A stretch of 64,000 nucleotides of DNA, taken from assembly GCA_009914755.4 (NCBI GenBank), contig CP068257.2, positions 31,136,001 through 31,200,000 of the forward strand. Reading direction: 5' to 3'. Below are positions 42,286-57,756 of the stretch, piece by piece. Made by a program: the position numbers and the translations under genes. This DNA comes from the human T2T-CHM13v2.0 reference genome, Homo sapiens. The notes under the pieces are model-generated. The model was not told where the DNA came from. It made no database searches and saw only the letters and a list, made by a program, of their open reading frames with translations. Every line of letters begins with the position of its first letter. The stretch's first letter is position 1.

Positions 42286-44462
42286 AGAGGACAATATGAG
42301 CAGAGTGCTGCTTCTGCTAACATAGGTATGGAATGTGGGACAAAGAATTCTCAGAGAGTGAGCCACTGGGAAGTCCTAACTAAAATATGTGGCTACCGTA
42401 CTTTTCTACTTGACACAGTCCTTGAGAGAGTGAATTAGGCAATGAGTGCAAATCCTTCAGGCTTTCCCCTTGAGTGACTTGGTAGACACTCAGTTAATTG
42501 CATCACTGGGGTTCACATCCACAGCTTTGCACAGCTGCCCCTTGGTCCCACGCCCACAGAACTGTGAGGCCTGCCTGTTCTTCCCACTGGGGCCTATTGA
42601 CCTATTAGCTCCCACAGACACAGACACAAGCCACTGGGCACTGAATTTTAAAAGCTGATAATGTGGCAGCTTTAAGCAGTGAAAAATATTAGTGTGGAAA
42701 AGAAAGATGAGAAATCCAAGTCAGCTCTTGAAAAGCACTCATTTCCATAAATACTTTATTGAAACTGTTATTTTCAGAAAATGCCCAATTTCTGTCAGAA
42801 AAAAAAGTAATGAAAAGTCTTTTTTTTTCCTTCCAAACATATTGCATTATTTAGACTAAAAAAAAGCAAAAAACTTCTCAAGGATGGCTCTTTTCGGTAA
42901 AAAATTTTCAAACAAATGAAGTCTTTTTTTTGGTATTTTTTAAGGGTGGGTTTTTTATAAATATTATGCACAATGTTTTTGAAACATTTCCTGTCCTCAG
43001 TATACACCAACATACTTTTTGCTAAAAGCTTTCCAAAAATATGCTTATTAAACAAAGAAATAAATGCAAGACTGTATATGTTCTACTCATTTTGAATTAA
43101 AACATTCCCCTCTTCATCTTGCCTTTTGCTACATTATTTATCATGCTTTTTCACTTTTGAATAAAAGACCAATTTTTTAAAAACACGAACTATCCAATCC
43201 AAATGTTAATGCTCATCTTAGCTTACTTTCTTTTCTTTGTTTTCTAATCAGCAAACTCTATAAAGCCTGGTGTGTAAATAGGCAGTAAATATAATATTAT
43301 TAAAAGATAAAACAGAGCAAAGAAACAGTATCAGCCGGTGTTTTGGGAGTTCTCACTTTTCTTTGTTTGTGATCACAATAAGGAAAAGAGATATCATATC
43401 TCTTTTCCTTAATTGTTATTTAGCATTGAAGACTAATGGAAAAGTCTAGCCAGATGTTTTAAAATAGAGACAAGATTTCAAGGAGCTATCTGTTATATTA
43501 GCTTTAAGTGAGTTTATCTTTTTAGGGTTTAAATGAGAAGACCATGTCATTCTTTGCTTAATGCACTGAAAATCTTTCATTTTAAAGGCAGAATCTCAGT
43601 AAAGAGGAATTCATATGCCTGGAAGCCTAAAAAAGTGTTTCATAGTGAAAGCCACTCATACATGTACATTATGTTCAGGAAATGCAAATGCAACAAGAAG
43701 GTGACCCTGACAATGGTTCTTCCAACCGTCACAGTTCCTGCCATGCAGCAGAAATTCTGAAGCTCTGAAAAACTGTCAGACTAGACATGCTTTTTAAAAA
43801 AGAAGAACACAGAAATTACTTACATCTGAGAGTTCCACCGTGAGGCCTCGCCTCTCCACTCCACAGACCTCTGCCTGGCCACGGATCCTTCACCCTGGCT
43901 TGACAGCTGGTTTAATCTGCAAGCCAGGGTGGAATGCGTGGTCTTGCACTTGCTGTTCTTTTCCGTCTTCGGAGGGCCAGCAGCCTGGTCATTTCCATGG
44001 CAACCAGGAGGAAGCTGCTGGCCTACCAGTCTCATTAACTACACGCAGGAGAGAACCTGCCTTGGTGACTGCTGACCACTCTTTTGGGGTTCTAAACTGG
44101 GAAGTTTCTAGAAGAAACTGAGGAGACTGTTGCTGTAGGCTGATCCCAAAGGATTGACACAAATGGAAGAAATTCTACTTTAGCAGGAAATTGAATGGAT
44201 TAAATGTAGAGTACGGAGACTCCTTGATACTTTTACTTTCATGATTTATTCCACCTTTTTTGGTCTGATGAATTGTTACTTATGGTAAATGCCTGCACTA
44301 CTGTATAAAGTGTCCTATCGTAGTTGTTCCAAAGAAAAAAAACTCATTTGAACTCCAAAGATAGACATTATTCTCTGTCTTTTTTAAAATTCATTTAAAA
44401 AAATATTAGAAGCCACAAAACCAATAAATAGGTAACAATTATTCTATGTACATTAACTGATA

Positions 44463-44790
44463 GTCCATGTGGGCTTCTATAACAAAATACCATTAGTTGG
44501 GTAACTTACAAACAACATATTTATTTCTGTAGGCTGGGAAGGCCAAGATCAAGGCAGATTTGTTTTCTGGTGAGGGTCTGCTTCCTGGTTCATAGATGGC
44601 ACCTTCTAGCTGAGTCCTCACATGGTGGAAGGGAAACTGTGGTTTCTTCAGCTTCTTACAAGGGCACTAATCCCATTCATAAGGGCTCCACCCTCATGAC
44701 CTAATCACATTCCAACATCTCCACCTCCTATGCTATCACATTAAGGATTAGGTTTCAATATATGTATTTTAAGGGAAGATAAATACCTGG
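44463..44790 (-). mobile_element. MaLR-type LTR (within copy B)
   Basis: gtccatgtgggcttctataacaaaataccattagttgggtaacttacaaacaacatatttatttctgtaggctgggaaggccaagatcaaggcagatttgttttctggtgagggtctgcttcctggttcatagatggcacc ... Confidence 0.65.
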
Positions 44791-44839
44791 GCCTTAACAA
44801 CTGATGAAGTCTCACTAAATATGGGAAAAAAAGATAAGG

Positions 44840-45363
44840 CAGGGGTCCCCGATCTCCAGGCCACGGACTGGTACCAGTCCATGCTACAGTAGGAGTTGAG
44901 CAGTGGGTGAGCAAGAGAAGAAGCTTCATCTGTATTTACAGCCGCTCCCTATCAATCACATTACCACCTGAGCTCTGCCTTCTGTCAGATCAGCAGTGGC
45001 ATTAGATTCTCATAGGATTGAATTGAGAATGCTATTCTATTGTGAACTATTGTGAACTGTGTATGCGAGGGATCTAGGTTGCATGCTCCATATGAGAATC
45101 TAATGCCTGATGATCTGTCACTGTCTCCCATCACCCCTAGATGGGACAGTCTAGTTGCAAGAAAACAAGCTCAGGGCTCTCACTGATTCTACATTATGGT
45201 GAGTGGTATAAGTATTTCATTATATATTATAATGCAATAATAATACAAAGTGCACAATAAATGTAATCGCTTGAATCATCCCCAAACCACCTCCTACCCC
45301 TGCCTGTCTGTGGAAAAATTATCTTCCATGAAACTGGTCTCTAGTGCCAAGAAGGGGACTGCT
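44840..45363. mobile_element. MITE (MER30-like hAT element) with TIRs CAGGGGTCCCCGATC ... AAGGGGACTGCTG (within copy B)
   Basis: caggggtccccgatctccaggccacggactggtaccagtccatgctacag ... ggtctctagtgccaagaaggggactgctg. Confidence 0.6.
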
Positions 45364-46956
45364 GAGATAAAGAAAAATCTTGCTAATTAAAAGCACTAGG
45401 AGTCTGGAGCAATTGATTTGTAATTACCCAGATACAGATTCTCCAATATGTTAAAGAAGAGAGCACCTCAGTAGGGAAATTTATTCATTCATTTATTTAT
45501 TATTCATCTACTGAATCCTTACCACACACATGCACTGTGCCAGGAGATTTAAGGGGCACAGAGATCAATGTCATGGTTCTTGTCTTTAAGGAAGTTATAC
45601 TATAGGAGGGGCAATTATGTAAGTTGCATCTGGGAAATGTTTGAAGGGAGATACAGACACAATGCAGGGGAATCCCAGTGAAGGTCGGCCTTTGCCAGGG
45701 AGACTGGTGAAGTCCTTGGGGAGAGGTAGTTTTGGATCTAGGCCTTAAGGGATGGCTGAGATCTGCATGGTCAGATGTGGGGGAAAGGACAACGATCTCT
45801 CATGGAGTGATTATTTGATGAACTGCGGATCCAAGCTGATGGATATATCCTTCCTCCTTTCTGCACCCAGAGAGCCTGGCACAAATGGCTTCTCGGTGGC
45901 CCACAGGATAAAGGAACTCAAGTAATTAAGAAAATTGCTGGAGCAAAGGTTTGGAGGTGGAAGAGTCCCAGGCCTATTCAGCCATTTGGAAAGCCAGTGA
46001 ATCACAGCCAGAATAAAGGGAATTGAGAATAGAGAGAGGCTGCTATTGTTGGGTGATCAGTTTCAGCAAAGCACATATATGAATTCTACCATGTAAGAAT
46101 AGCAAAGTGGATCTTGGTTCAAACCTTGAGTCTGTTACCTTCTTGCACATTATTTAAACTTTATAAGCCTCAGTTTCCTTATCTATAAAGTGGGTATAAT
46201 AATACTTTGTTGAAAGGTAGAGCTGAGGAAAAAATGAGATAATATATGTGCACTGGATGCCTGAAGATGAGGGAGGGAAAGGCTGGCCAACAATACACCG
46301 AATACCCCAACTTTCCAGAGCAACTGTGGCTAATCCAATGGTTTGGCGTACTCAACCTCTATTTCAACATCTTTCTGTCTTGCCTGCCTCTACTGTAGAG
46401 ACTGGAAATCTCTATTATTCAACACAACAGAGTCTCTTGAAGCTGAGGTTTCAGATGGGATTTAAGTTTTATTATTTATACTTGATTCAGAATGAAGTCA
46501 CGTGGAGAGAGGATCCTGAGACTTTGGGAATGAATTAAGTGAGAAGAGAGAGGAGAGTACTGGGAATCTCTTGCTGGCCAGGGTCTCAGCAGATATGGCA
46601 TGGTCTGTTGTGGGGGTGGCCTTCTGACTGAGTTGTTGACTGGTTGTGGCCAATATGGCATGGCTCAAGAGCTGAGGACTGTGGCACTAACTTCCTGTTG
46701 GAGAATGTGGCCTCTTAATTCAGCAACTTCCTGGTTGTGGATGAGGTAGTAGCTCCCCATGATGGTTCAATTCTATGGTGACTTTCAGAGTTCAGTCTAG
46801 AATCCATTTCTTCAGTCCTTCCAATGACTCAAGGCAGTATCTGTATATCTGAAGAAATTCCTGGTTTAAACCAGCTAGAGTAGACTCTGTTGCCTGTAAC
46901 CAAGAACCCTGAATTATATACTAGTGCCTTAATTCTGTCCAATACAAGGTGACAGA

Positions 46957-47350
46957 GTTTGGATATATGTCCCCGCCCAAATATCATGTGGAATTGTAAT
47001 CCCCAATGTTGGAGGTGGGGCCTGGTGGGAGATGATTGGATCATGAGGGTGGATTTCTCATGAATGCTTGATGCTGTCCTCACGATAGTGAGTTCTCATG
47101 AGATCTGGTTGTTTAAAAGTGTGTGGCACTTCCCCACACCTACTCCTGCTTTCCCCATGGGACACACCTGCTCCCCATTCACCTTCTCCACGATTGTAAG
47201 TTTCCTGAGGCCTCTTCAGAAGCCAAGCAGATGCTGCTATGCTTCCTGTACAGCCCACACAACCATGAGACAATTAAACCTCTTTTCTTTATAAATTACC
47301 CGGTCTCAGGTATTTCTTTATAGCAAGGCGAGAATGGCCTACTATACAAG
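46957..47350 (+). mobile_element. MaLR LTR (MST-type)
   Basis: gagtttggatatatgtccccgcccaaatatcatgtggaattgtaatccccaatgttggaggtggggcctggtgggagatgattggatcatgagggtggatttctcatgaatgc ... caattaaacctcttttctttataaattacccggtctcaggtatttctttatagcaaggcgagaatggcctactatacaag. Confidence 0.8.
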
Positions 47351-47996
47351 GTAAGTGGAAGTTTGCTGGTACTGTCTCTTCTACTTCTTTATTTTAATGA
47401 CTAAGATAAACAGCATAAGGTATTTAGTGTAAACTGAGCACAAATAAGGCAGCCAGTAATGGTAGCTACTATATTGATTACTCTTTGTGACTTTCTCTAT
47501 TTATGACTCGGATGCCTTCCAGGACCTCTTGCTTAGTGGGGTTCCTGGCTGAAGGCAAAGAGTGTGAAGAGCCAGGTACTTCCCTGGAAACTTGAAGGCC
47601 AAACATGCAGCTGCTGATGGAATGTGGCTGGGGCCCTGTGTATGGCATGTTAAACATTTACCCCAGGTTTTATATCTCCCTGTCTTTTTAAAGCATTTAC
47701 TTCCACTGGCTCTTTGTGTTAACCGGTCACATAGTTTAAGTTGATTTAGCAGCAATGAGTATTGGGAAGGTTAATAAAACCACACCTCAGACTGCCTGTT
47801 TTGTTCAGCTGTGGAGCCAACGGGTGGTGGACAAGTGTTTGTTCACAATGAGATGGAATTCTAGCTTTGTCCTTGACCAATTTTGTTTTCTTTCTCCGTT
47901 TTATTTTTTATCATAAAAGCAATGCAGTTTTTCTGATAGCACATTCAGATAATATCCAATGTATTAAGCAAAAGTGAAAATCCACACCCCCCTCTA

Positions 47997-48449
<453 letters not shown>

Positions 48450-50515
48450 TCATCTGGATTCTCTACCACCCCCTACTTAACTGCCTCCAAATCACTACCA
48501 GTGTCTTCTATAAGTGTTTCTTCCATCTGGGGCAGGAGTCATCTCAGGGTCTCTCTTTCCTTCCCAACTTCCCTTCCCCTTCCTTCTTTGGCAACTTTAA
48601 CATCTGTATTCTCAGCTCACTGCAGGCCGTCAGCACTCATGTCCTCACCTCATGGCCTTGCTGGGCCCCAGAGCTTGTGCAGGGCTCTATGTGTGTTCCT
48701 TCTCCCTGCTCCATCCTCACAGTGTCTCTAGATATCAGCGCCTCTGGCTTTACCTCTTCCATCCACCCTCAGCTCCCTGCCCTGCTGCATCCACACTGCC
48801 CTGACCCCTACCGAGGTGACCCCTACCTATGACCTTTGCCCTCTGCAAAGTCCACTCTGGGTCCTCTCATGGTCTGCTTCCTCAGCATCCACTTTAGGGT
48901 ACAGGCACTCATGGAGAAAATGCAGAGAACTAAGAATTCCTAATGCTTGGTTTCCTGAGAACCCCTGATGTGATCCCGGAAGTCTTCCAGCGGTTCTGGC
49001 CCAGTGGCTGCAATAACTCTTCTCCACTTGTGTCAGATACTCACTGCTGTCACAGCATCCCTGGCCTCGTGAGAAGGCCTTGCATCTGAGAGGAGCCAGG
49101 AATCGTACCAGGGCTTTCTTACCATCCTGCTCACACCTATATACTCCTTAGAACATGAACATCTTGGATCAGACACCTCGTAAGCACTGCCTCAGCTCCT
49201 TTCAGCCACACCTGTCTTTGATTCCAGCCGCCACTGTAGTGACAGTTCTGCCATGAGCCTGACCAGCTGCATGTAGAACTAACTTGCAAGCACCTCTCAC
49301 CTCCCATCCGAAGCCTTCTCTGTCATCTCTGCAGCCTGGGACAGACACTGCAAACACTCCTTAGTAGTCTCATGAATGCAACCTGAAGTTCCGGGGACTT
49401 AATGCCTCCATGGAGTGATCCTTTGACCAATGGGGGATTCCTCCTTTCTCAATCCAGGCAGACAGTCCTGAGATGCGTGCCTTGTGGCTTCTCAGGTGGT
49501 TCACAGAATCAAGCAGTAACTTACCTTGCGCTGCCCCTCACCGCTTCCCTCTCCCTCACTCTTGCTTCTAGGGATAGCAGTTCCCAATACAGTGCTTGCA
49601 TATATGTATATATATGCTTTTCTGATGTTCTACTCTCTGGGAAAATCAGGCTAAGCCACATTCTTTCTTCTTTCCAGATTCTAAAATAAATTCTTCTACC
49701 TGTGAGCTAAAAGCAGCCCTTCCCAACTCCTGCGTTTCTTCTCTAGTGATGGCCTCATCTCTTCCAATAAGTAGAATCTTGATCTTGATAGTTTTAAGAA
49801 ATGTATCCTTAGAGCTTCGAAAATCCCTCTTTTCAGAGTACCCCTCATATGGAATTACCTCCATAAAATGATGGGAAGAATACCTGAAGCATCGAAGTGA
49901 TATCTTCAGTCCCTTAGATGGTTTTTAAAGAACTAAAGTAGTCATCATACATCATCTTAGTGGCGACATTACCCATGGGCTTATCTGAATCTACAAAGCA
50001 GCGGAGTCCCTCTCACTTCATGATAGTTACAGCACATACGATTAGCAGAGAATAACAAAGGCATGATATGATACAGATGTTGGGCAGCTAGCGAGGCATG
50101 CTCTCCAAATAAGTGACTCACTCTTGTGCGGCAGTTCCTCAGCGGATGTGATTCCAGTGTGTGCCTTGGCAAAATTTAGAAATTACAACATGGTTTGGCC
50201 CATAGAGGTTGATGACAAATGGTAAGAACCATAGAGATTAAAGCATAAATATCAGGAATATCCTGTACTTTCTATCTCTTAATCCCTGCTGTCTGTTCTT
50301 TGGACTTCAGATGTGCAAGGCCTCCTCATTCTGAAATGCAGAAAGTGTCACTTGACTCTGTAGTGCCACTTAGGTGTCATTTCACTGTTGCACAGATCTA
50401 CTGGAACTTCACTCTCCAAGTCCTCTCACAACTTGCTTGGCCTTACTGTACTTCTCTTATTTGTGGCACCTGACTATTAGCCAACCTTTCCTTGGTCTTC
50501 CACTGTCATGCATGA

Positions 50516-50913
<398 letters not shown>

Positions 50914-51423
50914 CTATTTTTCTTTTCTTGAGCAGCACCTAAAGTGTTGTCCTTAACCCTGCTCTTCTTCATGAGTTCTAGTCACTTGTTTCAGTTATAT
51001 GAAGGTCACCCCCGCTTGGAGAATAAACTCAACACAGACTATTAGAAATAAGAGGGCTGTCTTATTGACACTTACTTGTAATCTATCCTCAGTTTGAATG
51101 CTTCCAGAGATGAAAGGCTTGCCTCCTCACACAGCAGCATTTTTTTCATTTTTGGAGAGCTCTATTATGTAAAATAATTTCTTATGTATGGCTAAATCTG
51201 TCTCCTGGGAATTTTGAGACATTGGCTGTTTTTCCGCCCTTAAGAGTAACACTGAAAAATCTTCCCTCTTCTTTCTGATAACACTTAGCAATGCTCTTTT
51301 GGCTCCTGTGAAGCTTTTCTGAGTCCCAAAGTCTCTCAGACCCCAAGCCTTAGAAACATTTTGACTCTTCCTTCTTTAATCCAAGAGCCAACAAATCATC
51401 AAATACTGGAAATTGTAGTTTGA

Positions 51424-51781
<358 letters not shown>

Positions 51782-51987
51782 AGCAATAAATAACAACTTC
51801 TCTCAACTTAATTTAGAGAGCTAATTCAATAGTGATTTTAAAAATCCAATGGAAATTGATACAAATATCGAAGGAGTTGATACAAGTATTCTGAAGTTCA
51901 ATGAGATAATAAAGAAAATATTCAAAATATGAAGAATAATAAGGGGGGATTAGTCATTTGACTTATTAAAACAAAATGATACTTTGG

Positions 51988-52258
51988 TAGGTTGATGTGG
52001 GTGGATCACTTGAGACCAGGAGTTCAAGACCAACCTGGCCAACATGGCAAAACCCTGTCTCTACTAAAAATTCAAAAATTGGCTTGGTGTGGTGGCATGC
52101 ACCTGGTACCGCAGCCATTTGGGAGGCTGAGGCACTAGAATCCTTGAACCAGGAGTTGGAGGTGGCAATGAGCTGAGATCCACCACTGAACTGCAGCCTG
52201 GGCAATAGAGCAAGGCTCTGTCAAAAAAAACAAAAAACAAAAAACAAAACAAAAAAAA
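51988..52258 (+). mobile_element. Alu, 5'-truncated by about 40 bp, with a long A-rich tail
   Basis: ggtaggttgatgtgggtggatcacttgagaccaggagttcaagaccaacctggccaacatggcaaaaccctgtctctactaaaaattcaaaaattggcttggtgtggtggcatgcacctg ... gcaaggctctgtcaaaaaaaacaaaaaacaaaa. Confidence 0.85.
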
Positions 52259-52337
52259 CCCACCAAAACACAAAAATCAAAATGGCAGTCACTGAAATAG
52301 TGCAGTACTGACATGAACAGAGACAGACTGTAACCAC

Positions 52338-52440
52338 AGGTGGCGGTGCACACCTGTAGTCTCAGCTATTTGGGATAATCACTGGAGCCCAAGAGCTCGA
52401 GGCCAGCCTGAACAACACAGTGAGACCCTGTGTCTGAAAA
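52338..52440 (+). mobile_element. Alu monomer fragment (FRAM-like, ~100 bp)
   Basis: ggtggcggtgcacacctgtagtctcagctatttgggataatcactggagcccaagagctcgaggccagcctgaacaacacagtgagaccctgtgtctgaaaaa. Confidence 0.6.
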
Positions 52441-53023
52441 ATGTTGTTTTGAATTGATATATAAAAGAAGAAAATATATATTACTGAGGAGATTAAGGAT
52501 TACTCAGCAATAATTTGGAATCACTGGCTATGAATTTGGAGGAAAATGCAAATATAGATTGTCACTATATATGGAATGAAGTCTATATGGGATTAATAAA
52601 TTCTTAAAAATAAAATCATAGGAAAATGAGGTAAAAATTAATTGAATAGTAAATAAACTTTTAAGATAAGAAGTACAGGTTAAGTTTCCCTTATCCAAAA
52701 TATTTGGGACCAGAAGTGTTTTGGATTTCAGATGCTCTTTGGATTTTGAAATATTTGCATGTACATAATGAGAGATATAAGGGGATGGGGCCCAAATCTA
52801 AACAGGACATTTATTTATGTTTCAAATACACCTGATACACATAGCCTGAAAGTTATTTTATACAATATTTAAAATAATGTTTTGCATGAAACACAGTTTG
52901 TATACATTGAACCATCTGAAAGCAAGTGTCACTATCTCAGCCACCCGTGTGGGCATTGCTGTTTGGTATCACTGTTATTCCAGACTCTGAATATATATGC
53001 TAGTGATAAAAATCATTTTTGGC

Positions 53024-53348
<325 letters not shown>

Positions 53349-53394
53349 TCATTTTCTTACACTTATTTGCATGAGTACTGATCAGTAGAAAATA

Positions 53395-54507
53395 TGGCAT
53401 GCCATCCAGTACCATTCAGGACCACATGGGCAAGGACTTCATGACTAAAACACTGAAAGCAATGGCAACAAAAGCCAAAATAGACAAATGGGACCTAATT
53501 AAACAAAGAGCTTCTGCACAGCAAAAGAAACTACCATGAGACTGAACAGGCAACCTACAGAATGGGAGAAAATTTTGCAATCTACCCATCTGACAAAGGG
53601 CTAATATCCAGAATCTACAAAGAACTCAAAAAAATTTACAATAAAAAAACAAGCAACCACATCAAAAAGTGGGCAAAGGATATGAACAGACACTTCTCAA
53701 AAGAAGACATTTATGCAGCCAGCAGACACATGATGATGTGCTCATCATCACTGGTCATCAGAGAAATGCAAATCAAAACCACAATGGGATACCATATCAC
53801 ACCAGTTAGAAATGCAATCATTAAAAAGTCAGGAAACAACAGATGCTGGAGAGGATGTGGAGAAATAGGAAAGCTTTTACACTGTCGGTGGGAGTGTAAA
53901 TTAGTTCAACCATTGTGGAAGACAGTGTGGTGATTCCTAGAGGATCTAGAACTAGAATTATCATTTGACCCAGCAATCCCATTACTGGGTATATACCCAA
54001 AGGATTGTAAATCATGCTACTATAAAGACACATGCACACGTATGTTTATTGTGGCACTATTCACAATAGCAAAGACTTGGAACCAACCCGAATGTCCATC
54101 AGTGATAGACTGGATTAAGAAAATGTGGCACATATACACCGTGGAATACTATGCAGCCATAAAAAAGGATGAGTTCATGCCCTTTGCAGGGACATGGATG
54201 AAGCTAGAAACCATCATTCTGAGCAAACTATCGCAAGGACAGAAAACCATACACTGCATGTTCTCACTCATAGATGGGAACTGAACAATGAGATCACTTG
54301 GACACAGGGTGGGGAACATCACACACTGGGGCCTGTCAGGGGGTGGGGGGTTGGGGGAGGGATAGCATTAGGAGAAATACCTAATGTAAATGATGACTTG
54401 ATGGGTGTAGAAAACCAACATGGCACATGTATACCTATGTACCAAACCTGCAAGTTGTGCACATGTACCCTAGAACTTAAAGTATAATAAAAAGTAAATA
54501 AATAAAA
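53395..54507 (+). mobile_element. L1 (L1PA-type), 5'-truncated 3' end: the ORF2 C-terminal region plus the 3'UTR with its poly-A/A-rich end
   Basis: The tool ORF 53562..53933 ([51 protein letters not shown]...[38 protein letters not shown]) is the L1 ORF2 C-terminus. The segment ends with the typical L1PA 3'UTR, ggggttgggggagggatagcattaggagaaatacctaatgtaaatgatgacttgatgggtgtagaaaaccaacatggcacatgtatacctatgtaccaaacctgcaagttgtgcacatgtaccctagaacttaaagtataataaaaagtaaataaataaaa. Confidence 0.9.
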
Positions 54508-55194
54508 CATGGAATGCCATCAATGCAGTGAAAACATAATGTGTTCAGGGCAACCAAGCTGCTCAGTAGCATCCCTGGAATAGCTGAATCAGCTGCTTAA
54601 CAGCAGTAGCAACAAACAACAGCAGGTTTTCAGGCTCCACCTACGATGCTGTGTTTTGATGAAAAGGTTACTGTGCACTGTATTTTATTTTTTTAGATGA
54701 GAAGAAACTTCAGAAGCAATTGAGAGACCAGGAAGTGGGTCCTCTGGGGCTCAGGAGGCATTCTGATGGATGGCTTTTAAAGATGTTTCCTCCAGAATCA
54801 ACTGCCTCGTTAAAGCATAAATGTCAAGCGTAAATTGTTCTTGTCTTAGAAGTCTCTCTTTGACTTTATAAACCTGATATGATTTATTGTTCTGTTATGA
54901 ATGCGTGGTGCTCTAGTCCTTCAATGAGCCCATCACACGTTTTCATTATGTCGTCTAGAGGCAATTTTTCTGCAGTGTTAACTATGTTATCTTCAGCATT
55001 GTGCACCTGCATTTTGACTGCGACCCATCACACGAAGTCAGGTGAGAAATCTTCCACTTGTGGCATCATGTTGGTGCTTAAAATTTTCAGATTTTGGAGT
55101 ATTTTGGATGTGAAATTTTAAGATTAGGGATGCTCAGCCTGTCATAGATGGTGCAGCCACCTCGGAAAACAGTCTGACAGTTCCTTGAAAGGTT

Positions 55195-55775
55195 AAAGAT
55201 AGAGTTACCATATGACCAGGCAATTCCACTGGGAGGTATGTACCCAAGAGAAGTGAAATACATGTTCACACAAAAACTTGTACATGAATGTTCATAGCAA
55301 CATTATTCATCATACCCCAAAGTGGTGACAACCCATGTCCATCAACTGATGAATAGATAAATAAAATGTGGTATATCCACACAATGGAATATTATTCAGC
55401 ACCGAAAAAGAATGATGTACTGATACATACTGCCACATGGATAAACCTTGAAACATTATCTAAGTGCAAAATGCCAGTGTGAAAGCACCACATATGGTAT
55501 GATTTCATTTATATGAAATGTCCAGAATAGGAAAATCCATAGAGACAGAAAATAGATTGGTGATTTCCTAGGGCTGGAGGTGAGATGAAATGGGGAATGA
55601 CTGCTAATGGGCATGGGTTTATTTTTGGGGTGATGAAAAGCTTCTAAAATTGATTGTGGTGATGGTTACACAATTCTGTGAATACACTAAAACCAACGAA
55701 GTTTGCACTTTACATGGGTGAATTGTGTAGTATTTGAATTATGTCTCATTAAAGCTGTAAAGAAGAAGTAATTGA
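55195..55775 (+). mobile_element. Old L1 (L1M-type) 3'-end fragment
   Basis: taccatatgaccaggcaattccactgggaggtatgtacccaagagaagtgaaatacatgttcacacaaaaacttgtacatgaatgttcatagcaacattattcatcataccccaaagtggtgacaacccatgtccatcaactgatgaatagataaataaaatgtggtatatccacacaatggaatattattcagc ... aattatgtctcattaaagctgt matches the L1M 3'-end consensus, including the hallmark ggtggtgatggttgcacaac-type region (here gtggtgatggttacacaat). Confidence 0.75.
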
Positions 55776-56170
55776 AGAAATCAGAAAGGAAATGTATTAG
55801 ATAAACAGAACTGATAGGCTATATATAGATGTAAAGAAAGGGATTTATTATGAGGGATTAGCTCACATAATTGTGGAGGCTGAGAAGTCCCTCCATCTGC
55901 CATTTGGAAGTTGAAGGTCCAGGAAAGCCAGTGGTATAGTTTCAGTCCCAGCCCAAAAGCCTGAGACCCAGAGGAACCAATGATGTGAGTCTAAGTCTGA
56001 GCCCAAAGACCCGAGAAGCTGGAGAGCTGATGTCCAAGGGCAGAAGAAGACGGATGTCCCAGCTGAAGCAGAGAGAGCCAATTCACCCTTCCTCCATCAG
56101 CTATTTGCTTGTTAATCCTGATTGTGCAAATAGCTCAGTGTGCAAAATATATGTCTAAGAGGGAGAGGAG

Positions 56171-56644
<474 letters not shown>

Positions 56645-57404
56645 CTAGCTGCCTACTAAAGGACGGGTGCCTGGAATCCACTGACAGTTTCACATACGGT
56701 GTGTTCTGGGGCATCAGCCACCTAGCTGGGGAGAGGGCCCTGGCTCAGAAGACTATGAGGGTGCACAGGAATAACTGGGGCTCCGTCACCCAAGGGAGGG
56801 TGCCTGTAGGACTCAGTTTAAGGGACAGTTTCAACCTCCTGGTGCCATCTTTCACTTATGTCCCACACTTCCAGTTAGTCTTGTGCCTCATCTAAATAAC
56901 CACACCCTGATATTTGCCAAACTGGACCATGAGCATCCCCTCAGATTCTGCTTCAAACCATAGCTGAGCAGGCAACTCCGTATAGGCCCCAAGGCATGTG
57001 TATTTCTGATCAAGTCCTCCACCTACCGGTGACACTTGATTCTCACGTCCCTAGGGTTTACCAACAACACTTGTCTTTCCAGACTGTTCTATTAGAGTGT
57101 ATGCTGACACTCCTCCATAACGACAACAACAAAAAATTAATGCCTGTTAGAGGCGCTATCCATGAAGCAGCAACAGGAGACTGACTGCTTTTGCTATGAG
57201 CCAGAGTCTGATGTGATAAAACCAGAAACAAAAACCAGCCTCTTGTCTTGGTGAAAAAGGGGGCCACTAGGCAAAAGGATGGCGAGAAAGGCCACCTGCA
57301 TTCCTCATTCAAATTCTTCCTCATTCCTTGATTTCTCTCAACAGGTAGCCATCAAATCTGAGATTCGGTGTTGTTATAAATCTCTTCAAGAATATTGGGG
57401 AAGA

Positions 57405-57756
<352 letters not shown>

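Larger units (their letters stand above)
44355..45363 (+). repeat. Copy B of the ~1.04-kb duplicated segment (partner 6525-7570)
   Basis: See copy A. It has the same internal architecture: flank, MaLR LTR at 44463-44790 and MITE at 44840-45363. Confidence 0.75.

Noticed and set aside
53562-53933. 123-aa ORF with good complexity ([24 protein letters not shown]...)
   Set aside because: It is a genuine protein fragment, but it is the C-terminal end of L1 ORF2 inside a 5'-truncated L1PA copy. It is not a host gene and there is no upstream ORF2 body.
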